A stretch of DNA of 64,000 bases from Acetobacteraceae bacterium. Lineage in GTDB: Bacteria; Pseudomonadota; Alphaproteobacteria; Acetobacterales; Acetobacteraceae. The stretch's first letter is position 1. Each line of letters starts with the position of its first letter. The notes beneath the pieces are model-generated. The model had not been told where the DNA came from and made no database searches. It was given only the letters and a program-made list of their open reading frames with translations. The DNA is taken from contig JANWJK010000020.1 of the NCBI GenBank assembly GCA_025452005.1, forward strand, positions 1,740-65,739. Direction: 5' to 3'. Of the stretch, positions 62,561-64,000 are shown one piece after another. A program made the translations under genes and the position numbers.

Positions 62561-62602
62561 GATGCTGACAGTTGTAGTCGCTGTGAGACAGGAAACAATC
62601 GT

Positions 62603-64000
62603 ATGGCGTGGCGGATCGGCATCGACATCGGCGGCACCTTTACCGATGTCGCCCTCGTAGAGGAGGACACCGGCCGCATCGCCATCGCCAAGCTACCGAC
62701 CACGCCGCTTGATTTCGGCCAGGCGGTGATCGACGGCATCCGGCGGAGTCTCGATGCCAACCGCATCGATCCGGTCGATGTCTCGCTGCTGTCGCACGCC
62801 ACCACGGTGGTCACCAATGCCCTGCTTGAGCACAAGGGCGTGCACGCCGGATTCGTCGCGACACGCGGCATGCGCGACATCCTGGAGCTGCGGCGATCGT
62901 CGCGTGCCGATCTTTATGATCTGTTGCAGGATGCACCGGCAGTCCTGGTACCCCGGCGCTGGCGATTCGAGGTCACTGAACGGATCGATGCACAGGGCGA
63001 GGTGGCAACGCCGCTCGCCGAGGAGGAATTGCCGGCACTGATCGAGGCGATCCGCGAAGCAGCACTGGAGACCGTCGCGGTGTCTTTCCTGTTTTCGTTC
63101 CTGAACGACGCCCATGAGCGGCGCGTCGGTCAGGCGCTGCGGGCGGCATTGCCCGATGTGGTCGTATATCTGTCATCGGAGGTGCTGCCGGAGATCCGTG
63201 AATTCGAACGCGCCAGCACGACGGCGGTGTGTGCCGTCGTCGGGCCAGTGCTGGCCGCGTATCTCGATCGGCTGCAGAGTGCGATTTCACGTCTCGGGTT
63301 GCCGAACCTGCAGGTGATGGGCTCGTCCGGCGGCGTGCTCGATATCGCGGAAGCGCTGCGCATGCCCGCGATGGTCGTGGAATCGGGACCAGCTGCCGGT
63401 GTCATTGCCGCGTCGCTTGCTGGCAGGCAGTTGGCGCGGCCCAATTTGATCACCTTCGATATGGGCGGCACGACGGCGAAGGCCAGTGTGATTGCCAATG
63501 GCGACGTGTCGGTCACCGCCGAGTACGAGGTCGGTGGTTCCGGTCATGCCAATCGTTGGATGCACGGCACCGGCCATCCGATCCGCGTGCCAGTGATTGA
63601 CCTGGCGGAGGTGAGTGCGGGCGGCGGCTCTATCGCGTGGGTCGATCCGGGTGGCGCGCTGAAGGTGGGACCGCACAGCGCCGGCGCCGCACCAGGCCCC
63701 GCATGTTACGGCGCCGGCGGAACGCTGCCGACGGTAACCGATGCCGATGTGATGCTGGGCTATCTGAATCGCGAGGCTTTGCTCGGGGGGGCGCTGCCCG
63801 TCGATCTCGCCGCGGCGGAGCGGGCGATCGAGACCGCGATTGCTACGCCGCTCGGCCTGACGGTGCCCGAGGCCGCGGCGCGCATCGTCGAGGTGGTCAA
63901 CGGCAATATGGCGCAGGCTCTGCGCATTGTCTCAATCGAGCGCGGTCACGACCCGCAGGAGTTCAGCTTGATCGCGTTCGGCGGCGCCGGACCGGTCCAT
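62603..64000 (+). CDS. Hydantoinase A / oxoprolinase (HyuA) family protein, 3' partial (runs off the window)
   Basis: Not in the ORF track. I translated it by hand from ATG 62603 and found an open frame to 64000. MAWRIGIDIGGTFTDVALV..., FDMGGTTAKAS, GPACYGAGGTLPTVTDADVMLG. Confidence 0.85.
   Translation, partial: MAWRIGIDIGGTFTDVALVEEDTGRIAIAKLPTTPLDFGQAVIDGIRRSLDANRIDPVDVSLLSHATTVVTNALLEHKGVHAGFVATRGMRDILELRRSSRADLYDLLQDAPAVLVPRRWRFEVTERIDAQGEVATPLAEEELPALIEAIREAALETVAVSFLFSFLNDAHERRVGQALRAALPDVVVYLSSEVLPEIREFERASTTAVCAVVGPVLAAYLDRLQSAISRLGLPNLQVMGSSGGVLDIAEALRMPAMVVESGPAAGVIAASLAGRQLARPNLITFDMGGTTAKASVIANGDVSVTAEYEVGGSGHANRWMHGTGHPIRVPVIDLAEVSAGGGSIAWVDPGGALKVGPHSAGAAPGPACYGAGGTLPTVTDADVMLGYLNREALLGGALPVDLAAAERAIETAIATPLGLTVPEAAARIVEVVNGNMAQALRIVSIERGHDPQEFSLIAFGGAGPVH

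Overview
This is a GC-rich chromosomal segment (about two thirds G+C by eye, not computed) whose gene content looks alphaproteobacterial. I found no rRNA, tRNA, CRISPR array, transposase or integrase by eye.

Housekeeping genes form the backbone: htpG, recF-gyrB, xseA, purD, tadA, rluB-type pseudouridine synthase, rsmD, the DUF374-waaA-lpxK lipid A core block, pepP, prmA, uvrD and metF.

Three regions stand out.

1. **Signalling island, about 9.5-19.0 kb.** It holds 3 histidine-kinase cores, 6 receiver domains (one has lost its phospho-acceptor Asp) and 2 HPt domains, with no recognisable output domain. Embedded in it are a CheZ-type phosphatase and a secreted DUF1194/vWA-like protein. This is my best candidate for an undescribed system.

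2. **Accessory metabolic stretch, about 26-46 kb.** It contains a GMC oxidoreductase, EthD, a cupin, a MoxR-VWA pair, SDRs, a VOC epimerase, a sulfurtransferase, a hydrolase, a patatin, MFS transporters, an AKR and a GH13-like plus GH63-like pair. Together with the region downstream to about 50.3 kb, it carries five decayed genes:
   - a GMC N-terminal stub
   - a frameshifted sulfurtransferase
   - a multiply frameshifted NiCoT permease with a possible decayed B12 riboswitch
   - a frameshifted GH63-like hydrolase
   - a proline-racemase remnant

3. **Long intergenic palindromes.** There are perfect inverted repeats of 33 bp and 31 bp, plus a shorter relative of the second.

The ORF track uses GTG/TTG starts and contains many long antisense shadow ORFs typical of high-GC DNA. 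I re-picked starts where an ATG or GTG with an RBS was visible. One clear partial gene, a hydantoinase A family CDS at 62603 that runs off the window end, is absent from the track.
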